Positions 27,292-36,045 of a DNA stretch of 39,229 nt are shown here, in pieces. How positions within the stretch are numbered: position 1 is the first letter of the stretch; every line of letters begins with the position of its first letter. Location: NCBI GenBank assembly GCA_028693535.1, contig JAQUVC010000001.1, positions 1-39,229 of the forward strand. The letters are read 5' to 3'. The notes beneath the pieces were generated by a model. It was not told the origin of the DNA and did no database searches. It was given only the letters and a program-made list of their open reading frames with translations. This stretch comes from Bacilli bacterium. Lineage in GTDB: Bacteria; Bacillota_I; Bacilli_A; ML615J-28; CAG-698. A program made the position numbers and the translations under genes.

Positions 27292-29847
27292 TTATTTTGT
27301 ATAAATGAGTTGAGATTCCACTTGTTCCACGCTAATATCTAACACTTTTAAATATGTTGCTAAATCATAGGTTTGATATCTGAACGTAAATTCGTAATTT
27401 AATTGTTCTTTATACAGGATTCTTGCAACACTATACATTGTTCCTAGTTCTGCCGATAATGGTATATAGATATCTTGAATAACCTGTCTTTGCTCATCGG
27501 ACAAAAGTTCAGTATCTTCATCAGATAAATACAATTGGATTTCACTTAAATTAGGAATGATTCGCTCTTGATTTTCTCCAATTCTATGTAAGTCAAAACT
27601 TTTCACATTGATATAAATATAATAGCCATCATTGTTGGCAATATATGTTGGATTTGTAGAAGTTCCGTATAATGTTGGTTCTTCTGAAGTCGGATTAGTA
27701 TCCCAAATTTCTTTTGCTACTGTATCAATTTCAATTCCATGTGTTCCCGTACTAAAATCACCTAAATCTATACTATAAAGTTTCAATCCTGCTGATTTAT
27801 ACTTTGACATGTTGATACCAGAAAAAGTAGAGTTTTCTGGGCTTTGGTTTTCACCCAACAAATAGGGAGCAACACTATATGCATAGATCAATGAATCAAT
27901 GTTTTCTTTATAATTGGCAACATCTACTTCGATAAATTGCATTAGTTCTTTATAAAATTCTTGTGCTAATGCTTTTTGTTCTGCTGTCCATGTTGCAGGA
28001 TTTGTTCCATTTCCATCCGCACCTTTATAGGTTATGATCATACCCCAAGCAGTAACTTTGAAATATTGCTCAGCAATGGATTGCATTTTATTTTGAAAAT
28101 ACTTCCACAAACTTCCATCTTCCGTTACGCCAGTTAATTCACTAATGCTATTAATATAGGTGTTCATTAAGTCACGACGTAAGTACAATAACGCTAAGTC
28201 TTTTTCTGTTTGAACCCCATAAACTTCATTGATAAAATTTTCCCATCCATATCCTGAGGGGTATCCGTACATTGTATAGTCTCCTCTTAGAAAGTTTGCT
28301 TTTTCTGTGATAACATCATTGACTACCAATTCCCACGCATCCGGATCAAGAATACGATCAGCTTCGTTTTTCACATTAGTACGCAAATCATAAACATTAT
28401 TATATTTGGGATCAAATAAAAAGTTATGATAATTAACCATTTCTATTGTTACATATGGACCATAGGAATAATCCATATCTAAGAACATTTGCTCCTTTGT
28501 ATACATGCCAGTCAAAGATGACCCGCTTTGTTTACTGGTAATATCCATAACTGCTACATATGTATCATGATTAGTCGCCGCTTCTGTGACTTTCTTTTCA
28601 AATGTGTTGTTATATTGATATCTAATGTTCCCATCATAAATGACCAAGTTATTTAACCAACGAATAAAAGCCATATATTGATTAACATCATCCTCTGTCA
28701 AATCTCTTGCTATCATTTCATAAACAATACGATCTTTAATCGTTTCGTACACCACTGGCGCTTCTTTTTTTATGTTTAAAATTAAATAATTTGTTTCATT
28801 CAAAATTTGAACTTTTGGTGTATACCAATTTGCATTCACAGCATCATCTTCACCAAGAGAAGATAAACTATTCATATACGTATACAAAGCACTATTAGAT
28901 GCTTTCACATTATCACCTAAATGATATAATAGACTATCTTGATCCTCCATCGAGAATACATATTCACCATTAACAAGTGAATAGTCTTTTCCTTCTGTAA
29001 TTTGAACCACTGTTTGAGCATCGCTCTTTTTAACCATTGTTTCATTATACAATTCTATCATGATTCGGATGATTTCGGTCGCTGTTGCTTCATTTCCAGT
29101 TGCAATGTTTACCCATTTACTATAGTCTTCTGGATTATCCACATCTTTAGAATGAATACTATAGCCTAGTTCTCTTAATGTGTTTTCGGCTTCTAAATAA
29201 CTATTAAAAGGAATAATAATTCCCCAGAAATTTGTTAAGTAATTTTCATTATAAAATGTTTTCTTTTGTCCTTCTGTATAGGGGTCTGCTTCCCGTAAAA
29301 TTTGATAATAATCGGCTACGCAACGATATTTCGCTAATTTCAAATGATGATATTCTTTCAGATCCTCAAAAGTACGGAACCCATGAGCATAGGTTTCTTC
29401 AAGATAATTTTCTTGGAGAATGGTCATAATTTGTTCGCTTGTGTATCCAGAAGTGTTGCCACCAAAATAACTATCTATCATGTCATTAATAATTGCTTCA
29501 TCTGTGATTAAGTTCCAATAAGGAGTGTCATCCATTTCTAGGAATTCTTCTTGGGTTGTTGACATTTTCTTATATAAATCGCGTTTGCTAAAATTTTGAA
29601 CTATTGTTGTATCTGCCCAATCAAGAACAGTACTAAAACCAATTTCATTTCTTAGATTTATATACATTTCATCAACGGTAATGTTATAGGAATACTCTCC
29701 TTGCTTAACTGTAAGGTATGTTTCTTTTCCCTCAGCAAGTATTTGTTCTGGGTCATCTTCAATCTCAGGCACTTTTTTACAACCATCACACCCAAAAATA
29801 CAGGATACTCCCAAAATTAAAGCTATTAGTAGTAACGTTTTTTTCAT
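27292..29847 (-). CDS. 851-aa lipoprotein of unknown function (N-terminus faintly PrsA/SurA-N-like)
   Basis: Signal peptide MKKTLLLIALILGVSCIFGCDGC. Strong SD AAGGAGAA. I recognise no catalytic motif. Residues ~45-90 (YNITVDEMYINLRNEIGFSTVLDWADTTIVQNF) resemble the N-terminal chaperone segment of PrsA-like foldases. Confidence 0.8.
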   Translation of the reverse strand: MKKTLLLIALILGVSCIFGCDGCKKVPEIEDDPEQILAEGKETYLTVKQGEYSYNITVDEMYINLRNEIGFSTVLDWADTTIVQNFSKRDLYKKMSTTQEEFLEMDDTPYWNLITDEAIINDMIDSYFGGNTSGYTSEQIMTILQENYLEETYAHGFRTFEDLKEYHHLKLAKYRCVADYYQILREADPYTEGQKKTFYNENYLTNFWGIIIPFNSYLEAENTLRELGYSIHSKDVDNPEDYSKWVNIATGNEATATEIIRIMIELYNETMVKKSDAQTVVQITEGKDYSLVNGEYVFSMEDQDSLLYHLGDNVKASNSALYTYMNSLSSLGEDDAVNANWYTPKVQILNETNYLILNIKKEAPVVYETIKDRIVYEMIARDLTEDDVNQYMAFIRWLNNLVIYDGNIRYQYNNTFEKKVTEAATNHDTYVAVMDITSKQSGSSLTGMYTKEQMFLDMDYSYGPYVTIEMVNYHNFLFDPKYNNVYDLRTNVKNEADRILDPDAWELVVNDVITEKANFLRGDYTMYGYPSGYGWENFINEVYGVQTEKDLALLYLRRDLMNTYINSISELTGVTEDGSLWKYFQNKMQSIAEQYFKVTAWGMIITYKGADGNGTNPATWTAEQKALAQEFYKELMQFIEVDVANYKENIDSLIYAYSVAPYLLGENQSPENSTFSGINMSKYKSAGLKLYSIDLGDFSTGTHGIEIDTVAKEIWDTNPTSEEPTLYGTSTNPTYIANNDGYYIYINVKSFDLHRIGENQERIIPNLSEIQLYLSDEDTELLSDEQRQVIQDIYIPLSAELGTMYSVARILYKEQLNYEFTFRYQTYDLATYLKVLDISVEQVESQLIYTK

Positions 29848-29886
29848 TATTCTTCTCCTTGTTTGGAATATGTAATCTTCTTTATT

Positions 29887-31689
29887 TTAACTACATTTCC
29901 TTCTTATTCCCTGTAAAACGACAACCATTGACCAAGTATCTTGGGAACAATATGTTATCAATTCTTTTCTCAATTCTTCGATTTTTTCTTGATCTAAATA
30001 TTTAAATTGAGAATAAGCAACGATTGCTTCACCGCCATTGCCTATTACTAAATTTTTATATGATAAATCAGAAAACAAGGGTAATACTTTTTTTATTGAG
30101 TAACTTCCATGCAAACCATTATGATAATAATTTACTCTTTTGCTTTCTTCTTCTGTAAAACCTAAACTTTGATATAATTGTGAATTCCCTTTGACGATAT
30201 CTAGTAAATCAAAAACATGATCATTGATCTTCATGAGTTTTTGACGATATTGAGGAAAAATTTCACTTAGTTCTTTAATTCTGGTGCATTCATACGCTTT
30301 ATTATAAACTAAAACACAGCCTCCACTACTCAAATCAATTAGTCGTATCATTTCTTGAATCAATTCTTCACGACAATCGCTAAAATCGTTTGCAAGGAAT
30401 GAATAGCAATCTTTTGTATAGTCGCAAATCCCTGGTTTTCTTTCAATATGAAGAGAGAACTGAAATAAGGATTGCATATATGGAGTTTCACCATAAAACC
30501 TCGGTAATGGACCAGGAAAACCCTCAAAGTCAAGATGATAGATTGGATATCGTATTTCGTCTAAACCAAGACAAACTTTTCGATCATCAAAATATTCCTG
30601 ATTATGGTCAAAACAATCGCGCTGTATCCGCTTATTTTCATCTTTTAACCATTCATAGGGAACATCGTCCAAATTATAATACCCCAAACTAATCATTTTT
30701 TCAAGAGAATATTTATTTTTATCTTCATCAACAAATTCTTTTCTTCCCAAAGTTTCGAGGATAGATCCGTCTTTTTTTAGGTTTTTCCAACAAACCGGAA
30801 AATAATAACATTCATCAGGCTTTTTGACACGACAATCAACGACTATTTTAAGTGGTTCTAATTGATTCTTTTCCATATAATCAACAAGTAACACCCTCTT
30901 TTTTTCAATTTCTGGTAAATATTGCTCTGTTATTTCTGTTAAATCAACAAAACATATTAAATTTTGCCCATTCACTTGATGATAATTGGGTTCATTATCA
31001 ATATATTGACCATCAAAAACATATTGATTGTTTAACACAGCAAGATAATATTTATATTTTTTGTCTCTATTTTTATGTTCACTATGCTCGATTATGAATC
31101 GTTCAATTGCAATATCATAAACATATTTCCCAATCCCATGATAGCGATCAAATAACTTTTCGTAGGCAGCTAATAACTTTTCACTTTTCTCAAAATTTTT
31201 TCTTGTTTTTAAGATGCCATCATCATCAACAAATAAACTTACAAATTCTTTTTTTTCTGTATACCCTAGTTTTCTAAATTTTGCTGTTGTGGTTGCTTTT
31301 ACCTCAATAACCATTGCTTCGGTCTCTGTTTCCGCATACCCATCTAAATAACTATAATACGTATGCCCTTTTTCATCAGTAAAAGAAAATTGTTTTTGCA
31401 TTTTTGTTGCTTCTTGATAAATAAACTCAACATCAAATGTTTTTGTTGCTTGCTTTAATGCTTCTTTTTCAACATCTTTATAAAATTCCAACAAGGCTTC
31501 TGTTTTCTCATCAACCTTCAATAGTTCTTCTCCTGATTCAATATCAAACATAGAACTTAAAATATCAATAATATCCTCTTCATCATATCCTTCAATCTCG
31601 TTATCTAATTTTTTCGTGTAAACCTGATCTAATGGATAGTAGCGATGACATTTCGTATATTTTTTAAATTGTGTTTTTGATATTCTCAT
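29887..31689 (-). CDS. DUF2779-like protein: Cas4/RecB-like PD-(D/E)XK nuclease domain fused to an RNase H-fold (DEDD-like) exonuclease domain
   Basis: 600 aa. The N-half has LDGY...VIEVKAT (D...ExK), an N-terminal Cys (YTKCHRY) and a C-x7-C-x5-C cluster (DCRVKKPDECYYFPVCW). The C-half has YHLDFEGFP...FQFSLH, VYNKAYE, HGSYSIKKV and CSQDTWSM. Confidence 0.75.
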   Translation of the reverse strand: MRISKTQFKKYTKCHRYYPLDQVYTKKLDNEIEGYDEEDIIDILSSMFDIESGEELLKVDEKTEALLEFYKDVEKEALKQATKTFDVEFIYQEATKMQKQFSFTDEKGHTYYSYLDGYAETETEAMVIEVKATTTAKFRKLGYTEKKEFVSLFVDDDGILKTRKNFEKSEKLLAAYEKLFDRYHGIGKYVYDIAIERFIIEHSEHKNRDKKYKYYLAVLNNQYVFDGQYIDNEPNYHQVNGQNLICFVDLTEITEQYLPEIEKKRVLLVDYMEKNQLEPLKIVVDCRVKKPDECYYFPVCWKNLKKDGSILETLGRKEFVDEDKNKYSLEKMISLGYYNLDDVPYEWLKDENKRIQRDCFDHNQEYFDDRKVCLGLDEIRYPIYHLDFEGFPGPLPRFYGETPYMQSLFQFSLHIERKPGICDYTKDCYSFLANDFSDCREELIQEMIRLIDLSSGGCVLVYNKAYECTRIKELSEIFPQYRQKLMKINDHVFDLLDIVKGNSQLYQSLGFTEEESKRVNYYHNGLHGSYSIKKVLPLFSDLSYKNLVIGNGGEAIVAYSQFKYLDQEKIEELRKELITYCSQDTWSMVVVLQGIRRKCS

Positions 31690-31715
31690 ACGGATTTCCC
31701 CTAATCATGCAAGTT

Positions 31716-31744
31716 ATTGTACCATTTTTAGAGTAAAAAAACAA
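31716..31744 (-). promoter_or_regulatory. Candidate promoter of the DUF2779-like gene (TTGTTT-17-TGgTACAAT)
   Basis: On the minus strand: -35 at 31744-31739, a 17-nt spacer, and an extended -10 at 31724-31716. Confidence 0.45.
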
Positions 31745-31796
31745 GAGCTTGCTCGAGACTACTCATTTAGTTTATCTTCTTTTTCTTAATTTTAAC

Positions 31797-31830
31797 TTAA
31801 AAAAGTTAGATGCTTATTTTCATCTAACTT
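31797..31830 (-). terminator. Intrinsic terminator after the ABC permease gene
   Basis: A perfect 10-bp stem AAGUUAGAUG/CAUCUAACUU (31803-31812 / 31821-31830) with an 8-nt loop is followed on the minus strand by UUUU. The stem overlaps the stop codon. Confidence 0.65.
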
Positions 31831-32572
31831 ATTTAAGCTTTATTTTAATAAGTTTTAAAAGTTCCTCAACCATTAAAACAAAGACAATGAGGATAATTGT
31901 CCAAGCAAATACGTGATCCATTTCTAAAAAGTTTTTTTCTTGAAGCATCATATATCCAATTGTGTGATTTGGCTGAGCAATAAACTCTGACATGACCATT
32001 ACTTTTAGACCTAAGCCAATTGTTGCCACCAAAGTACTTAAGATCTGGGGAGTAATAATTGGTATGTAAATATCTTTTGCAACCTTATAATTCAATTTAC
32101 TCAACATTCTTACTTCATCGATGATTCCTTGATCAATATTTTCAAAGCTAACTAAAATTCCCTCATACATAATTGGTAGAATCACCAAGCTTGTAATAAT
32201 ATAGGGACTCTTAGTATTACCAAAAATGATTAGTAAAATAATGATAATTGCTGCAACAGGAATGGTGCGCATAAGCGCCATAATGGGCTTTAAAAACTCT
32301 TTTACAACTTTTATTGATGTGGCCACAATACTTAAAAAAAGTGCAATACCAAACGAAATACCTACAGTGATAATGAGCCTTGATAATGTGTTAAAAATAA
32401 CCACATATGTTTGCTTTGTTCGCAACATCGAACCCAACGCTTGGAAAACCTCCGATATTTTGGGAATGACAATACTATTATCAACGATATGAGCAGTAAG
32501 CAACCATAGAAGAAAAATAAAAACAATTCCACTAAGTAACCAAACATTAGTTTTAGTAATAAATTTCTTCAT
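31829..32572 (-). CDS. ABC importer permease (NitT/TauT-like BPD_transp_1 family)
   Basis: About 247 aa with six predicted TM helices. The ATG at 32572 gives MKKFITK; the track start at 32587 is a GTG. It overlaps the 3' end of the binding-protein gene. Confidence 0.85.
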   Translation of the reverse strand: MKKFITKTNVWLLSGIVFIFLLWLLTAHIVDNSIVIPKISEVFQALGSMLRTKQTYVVIFNTLSRLIITVGISFGIALFLSIVATSIKVVKEFLKPIMALMRTIPVAAIIIILLIIFGNTKSPYIITSLVILPIMYEGILVSFENIDQGIIDEVRMLSKLNYKVAKDIYIPIITPQILSTLVATIGLGLKVMVMSEFIAQPNHTIGYMMLQEKNFLEMDHVFAWTIILIVFVLMVEELLKLIKIKLK

Positions 32573-33506
32573 CCACAACCAATCCACCTAAGATCTTATT
32601 GTTGTATTTGTTTAGCAAATGGCAATAAGCAACGACAATTTCTTGATGTTCTTTTGCTAGTAAAAATTCAATATTACTTCTTGGTATGCTTCTTTTTAAC
32701 ACATCGGCACCGGTTTTTGAAAAAAAGTCATGTGCATTGATTATTCTATCTACATAGCTATCTGTTTTTTGATTGAGTTCATCAACATTTTTTTCCACCT
32801 TTTTCATAAAAACTTCAATATCCTCTAAATAGGAAGAATTTGGATTTACAAATATTGCTGCTTGAGGAATCACCTCATGTTCTTCACCTAAAACATCTTG
32901 TAAGTTTATGATATTTAAAGATAATCCATATTTCAGTTCTAATGTCGTTATGGTTGGTTCTGCAGATAGGATATACTTAGGTGCTTCTGCACAACTACTA
33001 TCGTTACAAACAAAGAAAGGAACAATATCGTTAACTCCTGCTTGATAGGTAATATTCGCTTGATATTTATTGTCTTCTAATGCCGCTTTTAGGATAATAT
33101 CGGGCGTGTTGTTTTGACCAAATGCCATAATTTCTTGGTTGTTTAGATTTGCTATGCTATCTAAAGACGTCTCTTCCCGACTGATGATGTATGTATTTCC
33201 TAACGTTATTATGGCATACATTTTGTATGATGAAGCCTCATTCATAAATAATTTCATTCCTAATGTTAAGGGAGCAATAACAATATCATGCGATTGGGAA
33301 ATGAAAGCTGTTGTTAATAAATCTGCTCCGCTAACAACAGTGTAATCAACATTCTCTTCTTCAAGCAATCCTCCAACAGCAATCAGTGGTGTTCCACTGG
33401 GTAAAATAACTGTTATTTCATTCTTTATTTTTGAATCACATCCTATCAAAAAAATACTACCAAAAATAATAAGAAATACAACTAAACTTTTTTTGATTTT
33501 ATTCAT
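32553..33506 (-). CDS. ABC importer substrate-binding lipoprotein (NMT1/SsuA/ThiY-like fold, substrate unknown)
   Basis: Lipobox IFLIGC. The ATG at 33506 gives MNKIKKS with a GGTGA SD; an alternative ATG lies at 33518. It is directly upstream of, and overlaps, the permease gene. Confidence 0.8.
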   Translation of the reverse strand: MNKIKKSLVVFLIIFGSIFLIGCDSKIKNEITVILPSGTPLIAVGGLLEEENVDYTVVSGADLLTTAFISQSHDIVIAPLTLGMKLFMNEASSYKMYAIITLGNTYIISREETSLDSIANLNNQEIMAFGQNNTPDIILKAALEDNKYQANITYQAGVNDIVPFFVCNDSSCAEAPKYILSAEPTITTLELKYGLSLNIINLQDVLGEEHEVIPQAAIFVNPNSSYLEDIEVFMKKVEKNVDELNQKTDSYVDRIINAHDFFSKTGADVLKRSIPRSNIEFLLAKEHQEIVVAYCHLLNKYNNKILGGLVVDEEIYY

Positions 33507-33533
33507 CTTATTCACCATTCTTTCTTATATCTA

Positions 33534-33562
33534 TTGACTTTATTATACTATTATATTAAAAT
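33534..33562 (+). promoter_or_regulatory. Candidate promoter of the Crp/Fnr gene (TTGACT-17-TAAAAT)
   Basis: -35 at 33534-33539, a 17-nt spacer, and -10 at 33557-33562. Confidence 0.45.
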
Positions 33563-33569
33563 TAATTTC

Positions 33570-33583
33570 GTAACATATGTTAC
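33570..33583. promoter_or_regulatory. Perfect 14-bp palindrome GTAACATATGTTAC, candidate Crp/Fnr-family operator
   Basis: Read directly from the sequence. It lies in the 90-nt divergent intergenic region between the ABC importer and the Crp/Fnr gene. Confidence 0.45.
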
Positions 33584-33596
33584 AGATTGGAGCAAT

Positions 33597-34211
33597 ATGA
33601 ACGTTTACAGCCACCCATTATTACGAGGTCACACTGTTGATTGCGATCCTTATATTACCACTAGGTCCTATAAAAAAGATGAAATCATCCATATTGAAGG
33701 CGAAATTTGTAACGAACTTTCTTTGGTTATACAAGGTGATATTTCTATATATACCTATACATATTATGAAAATGAATATGCAATTGCTCATCTAGAAAAA
33801 GATGGTATCTTTGGCCAATTTTTAATTTTTGCTGATGATCCCGTTTATTTGGGAAACGTTGTTAGCTTAAGTAACGCTACTATTATCATCATCAAACGTG
33901 TAAATCTCCTTGAGTTACTAACCAAAGACAAACAAGTTCTTACAAATTTTTTAAGGATTTCTTCTAACTCTGTTTTAAATATCCAAAATCGTGTTAAAAT
34001 CCTTTCACAAAAATCAATAAAAGAATCAATTATGTTTTATTTCGAAGAGATTATCAAAAAAACAAAAACAAACGTTATTTTTGTGAAGAGTAAAGAACGT
34101 CTTGCTGAATATCTAAACATTCCTCGCCCTTCTCTTTCCCGTGCTTTAATCGAACTTAAAGCCTTGGGAATCATTGAAATCAACGGAAAATATATAACTA
34201 TAAAAGAATAA
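33597..34211 (+). CDS. Crp/Fnr family transcriptional regulator
   Basis: The ATG at 33597 gives MNVYSHPLL with a TGGAG SD. It has a cNMP-binding-like beta-barrel and a C-terminal HTH (SKERLAEYLNIPRPSLSRALIELKALGIIE). There is no N-terminal Fnr Cys cluster. Confidence 0.88.
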   Translation: MNVYSHPLLRGHTVDCDPYITTRSYKKDEIIHIEGEICNELSLVIQGDISIYTYTYYENEYAIAHLEKDGIFGQFLIFADDPVYLGNVVSLSNATIIIIKRVNLLELLTKDKQVLTNFLRISSNSVLNIQNRVKILSQKSIKESIMFYFEEIIKKTKTNVIFVKSKERLAEYLNIPRPSLSRALIELKALGIIEINGKYITIKE

Positions 34212-34233
34212 AAGCCGAGTTTTTACTCGGCTT
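34212..34233. terminator. Bidirectional terminator between the convergent Crp/Fnr and hydA genes
   Basis: A perfect 9-bp stem AAGCCGAGT/ACTCGGCTT with a TTTT loop, flanked by A/T tracts. Confidence 0.7.
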
Positions 34234-34237
34234 TGTT

Positions 34238-36034
34238 TTATTCTTTTGAATATTTTTCTCTTTTAACATAATGTGTATGTAGCAATTTATGAGATACATG
34301 TCCACATGGTTCCTTCAAAAAGTCTTCATATAATCTAACAACTTCTGGATTTTTATGAGATTCACGTAATTTCGATGTGTCATCGATTCCATAGATAGCT
34401 TTTGCTCGTTCTTTACGAACATCAATTCTATCTTGAACTTTAGCGCTAATAACTGGTTGTCCGCCACCATTTACACATCCACCTGTACAACCCATTACTT
34501 CAATAAATGCATATTTCTTTTCACCCTTGTTAATTCTTTCGAACATTTCTGGCACATTAACCGTTCCATGAACAACAGCAAAATTCAAATCTAAACCATT
34601 GATATTTAATGTCGCTTCTTTGATGCCGCTTTCAGTTCCTCTTACCTCACTGATGACAACGTTTTTCATATCTTTCTTTTCAAGTAGCTCTTTCACAGTT
34701 CTTAATGCTGCTTCCATAACGCCACCCGTTACACCGAAGATAGCTCCTGCACCAGTATATTTGCCTAATGGGCTTTCAATGCCTGCATCAGAAAGACTAT
34801 TAAAGTCAATTCCTTGGCGTTTTACCAAACGAGCAAATTCACGTGTTGTTAGAACATAATCAACATCTCTAACTCCATCTACTTCCATTTCTGGACGATG
34901 AGCTTCGAATTTTTTCGCGATACACGGCATAATAGAAACTACTTTTATTCTATTCTTATCAACACCAATTTTTTCTGCGTAGTAGTTTTTAATCAAAGCT
35001 CCTTGCATTTGTTGTGGTGACTTACAACTTGATAAATGATCTAAATATTGCGGATAATATGTTTCAATGTATCTAATCCATCCCGGTGAGCAAGAAGTTA
35101 ATAATGGTAATGCAACTTTTTCACCCGCAAGAAATTTATTTAAGCGACCAATTAATTCTGTTCCTTCTTCCATAATCGTAACATCGGCAGCAAAGTTTGT
35201 ATCTGTTACGTCATCAAATCCTAATTCTTGAAGCGCTTTATACATTTTACCTTCAACGTTTGTTCCGATTGGATATCCAAACTCTTCTCCTAATGCCGCT
35301 CTTACAGATGGAGCAGTTTGTGCGATTAGATAATACTCTTTTTTCTCTAGCAAATCAATTACAGTATCAACATCGTCTTTCTCCTTAATAGCACCTACTG
35401 GACAAGCTTGAATACATTTGCCACAGAAAATACAACCTGAGTCTTCCATGTTGTGATTTAACGCTGGCCCAACAAAGGCATCAAAACCACGATTGTTGAA
35501 ATCAAGAACCTTTGTTCCTGATAACTTTGCACAAGCAGAAATACATCTACCACAAAGAATACACTTCGAGCTATCTAAAACAATGGAATCCGTAATATTG
35601 AAAATAGGTTCCTTTTTTGCAAAAACATTGTTTTCTCCAATTGTGTTAGGAATATTATACTTTCTTAATAAATGTAACAATTCACAATTGTGTTCTCTAG
35701 GACAACGCCAGCATTCAAATCTATGATTCGCAGCGATTAACTCTAAATTGTTTCTAACTGTTTTCTTAACTCTTTCTGTGTTCGTTTTAACTACGATTGA
35801 ATCTGCTCCACGAGCCAAACAATCCTTAATTTTAACCGTACAAGAATTTTTTAATGTCCTAATTCCTTCTATCTCAACAACACAAATACGGCATGCTGAT
35901 GTCTCATTAATACCCTTTAAGAAACAAAGACGAGGAATATCAATACCAGCAGCATAAGCAGCGTCCATGACAGTATAATCGCCTGGAACTTCTATAACTT
36001 TATTATCTATTGTTACTTTAATTAAATCACTCAT
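34238..36034 (-). CDS. hydA: [FeFe]-hydrogenase catalytic subunit, M3-type (2Fe-2S, His-ligated 4Fe-4S, 2x4Fe-4S, H-domain), with a variant L1 motif
   Basis: The ATG at 36034 gives MSDLIKVTIDNK with an AGGAGG SD. Near-colinear with clostridial CpI as I recall it. L2 is MPCIAKKFE and L3 is EVMGCTGGCVNGGGQP. L1 reads TSCSPGW instead of TSCCPxW. Confidence 0.93.
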   Translation of the reverse strand: MSDLIKVTIDNKVIEVPGDYTVMDAAYAAGIDIPRLCFLKGINETSACRICVVEIEGIRTLKNSCTVKIKDCLARGADSIVVKTNTERVKKTVRNNLELIAANHRFECWRCPREHNCELLHLLRKYNIPNTIGENNVFAKKEPIFNITDSIVLDSSKCILCGRCISACAKLSGTKVLDFNNRGFDAFVGPALNHNMEDSGCIFCGKCIQACPVGAIKEKDDVDTVIDLLEKKEYYLIAQTAPSVRAALGEEFGYPIGTNVEGKMYKALQELGFDDVTDTNFAADVTIMEEGTELIGRLNKFLAGEKVALPLLTSCSPGWIRYIETYYPQYLDHLSSCKSPQQMQGALIKNYYAEKIGVDKNRIKVVSIMPCIAKKFEAHRPEMEVDGVRDVDYVLTTREFARLVKRQGIDFNSLSDAGIESPLGKYTGAGAIFGVTGGVMEAALRTVKELLEKKDMKNVVISEVRGTESGIKEATLNINGLDLNFAVVHGTVNVPEMFERINKGEKKYAFIEVMGCTGGCVNGGGQPVISAKVQDRIDVRKERAKAIYGIDDTSKLRESHKNPEVVRLYEDFLKEPCGHVSHKLLHTHYVKREKYSKE

Positions 36035-36045
36035 ATTTATTCCTC

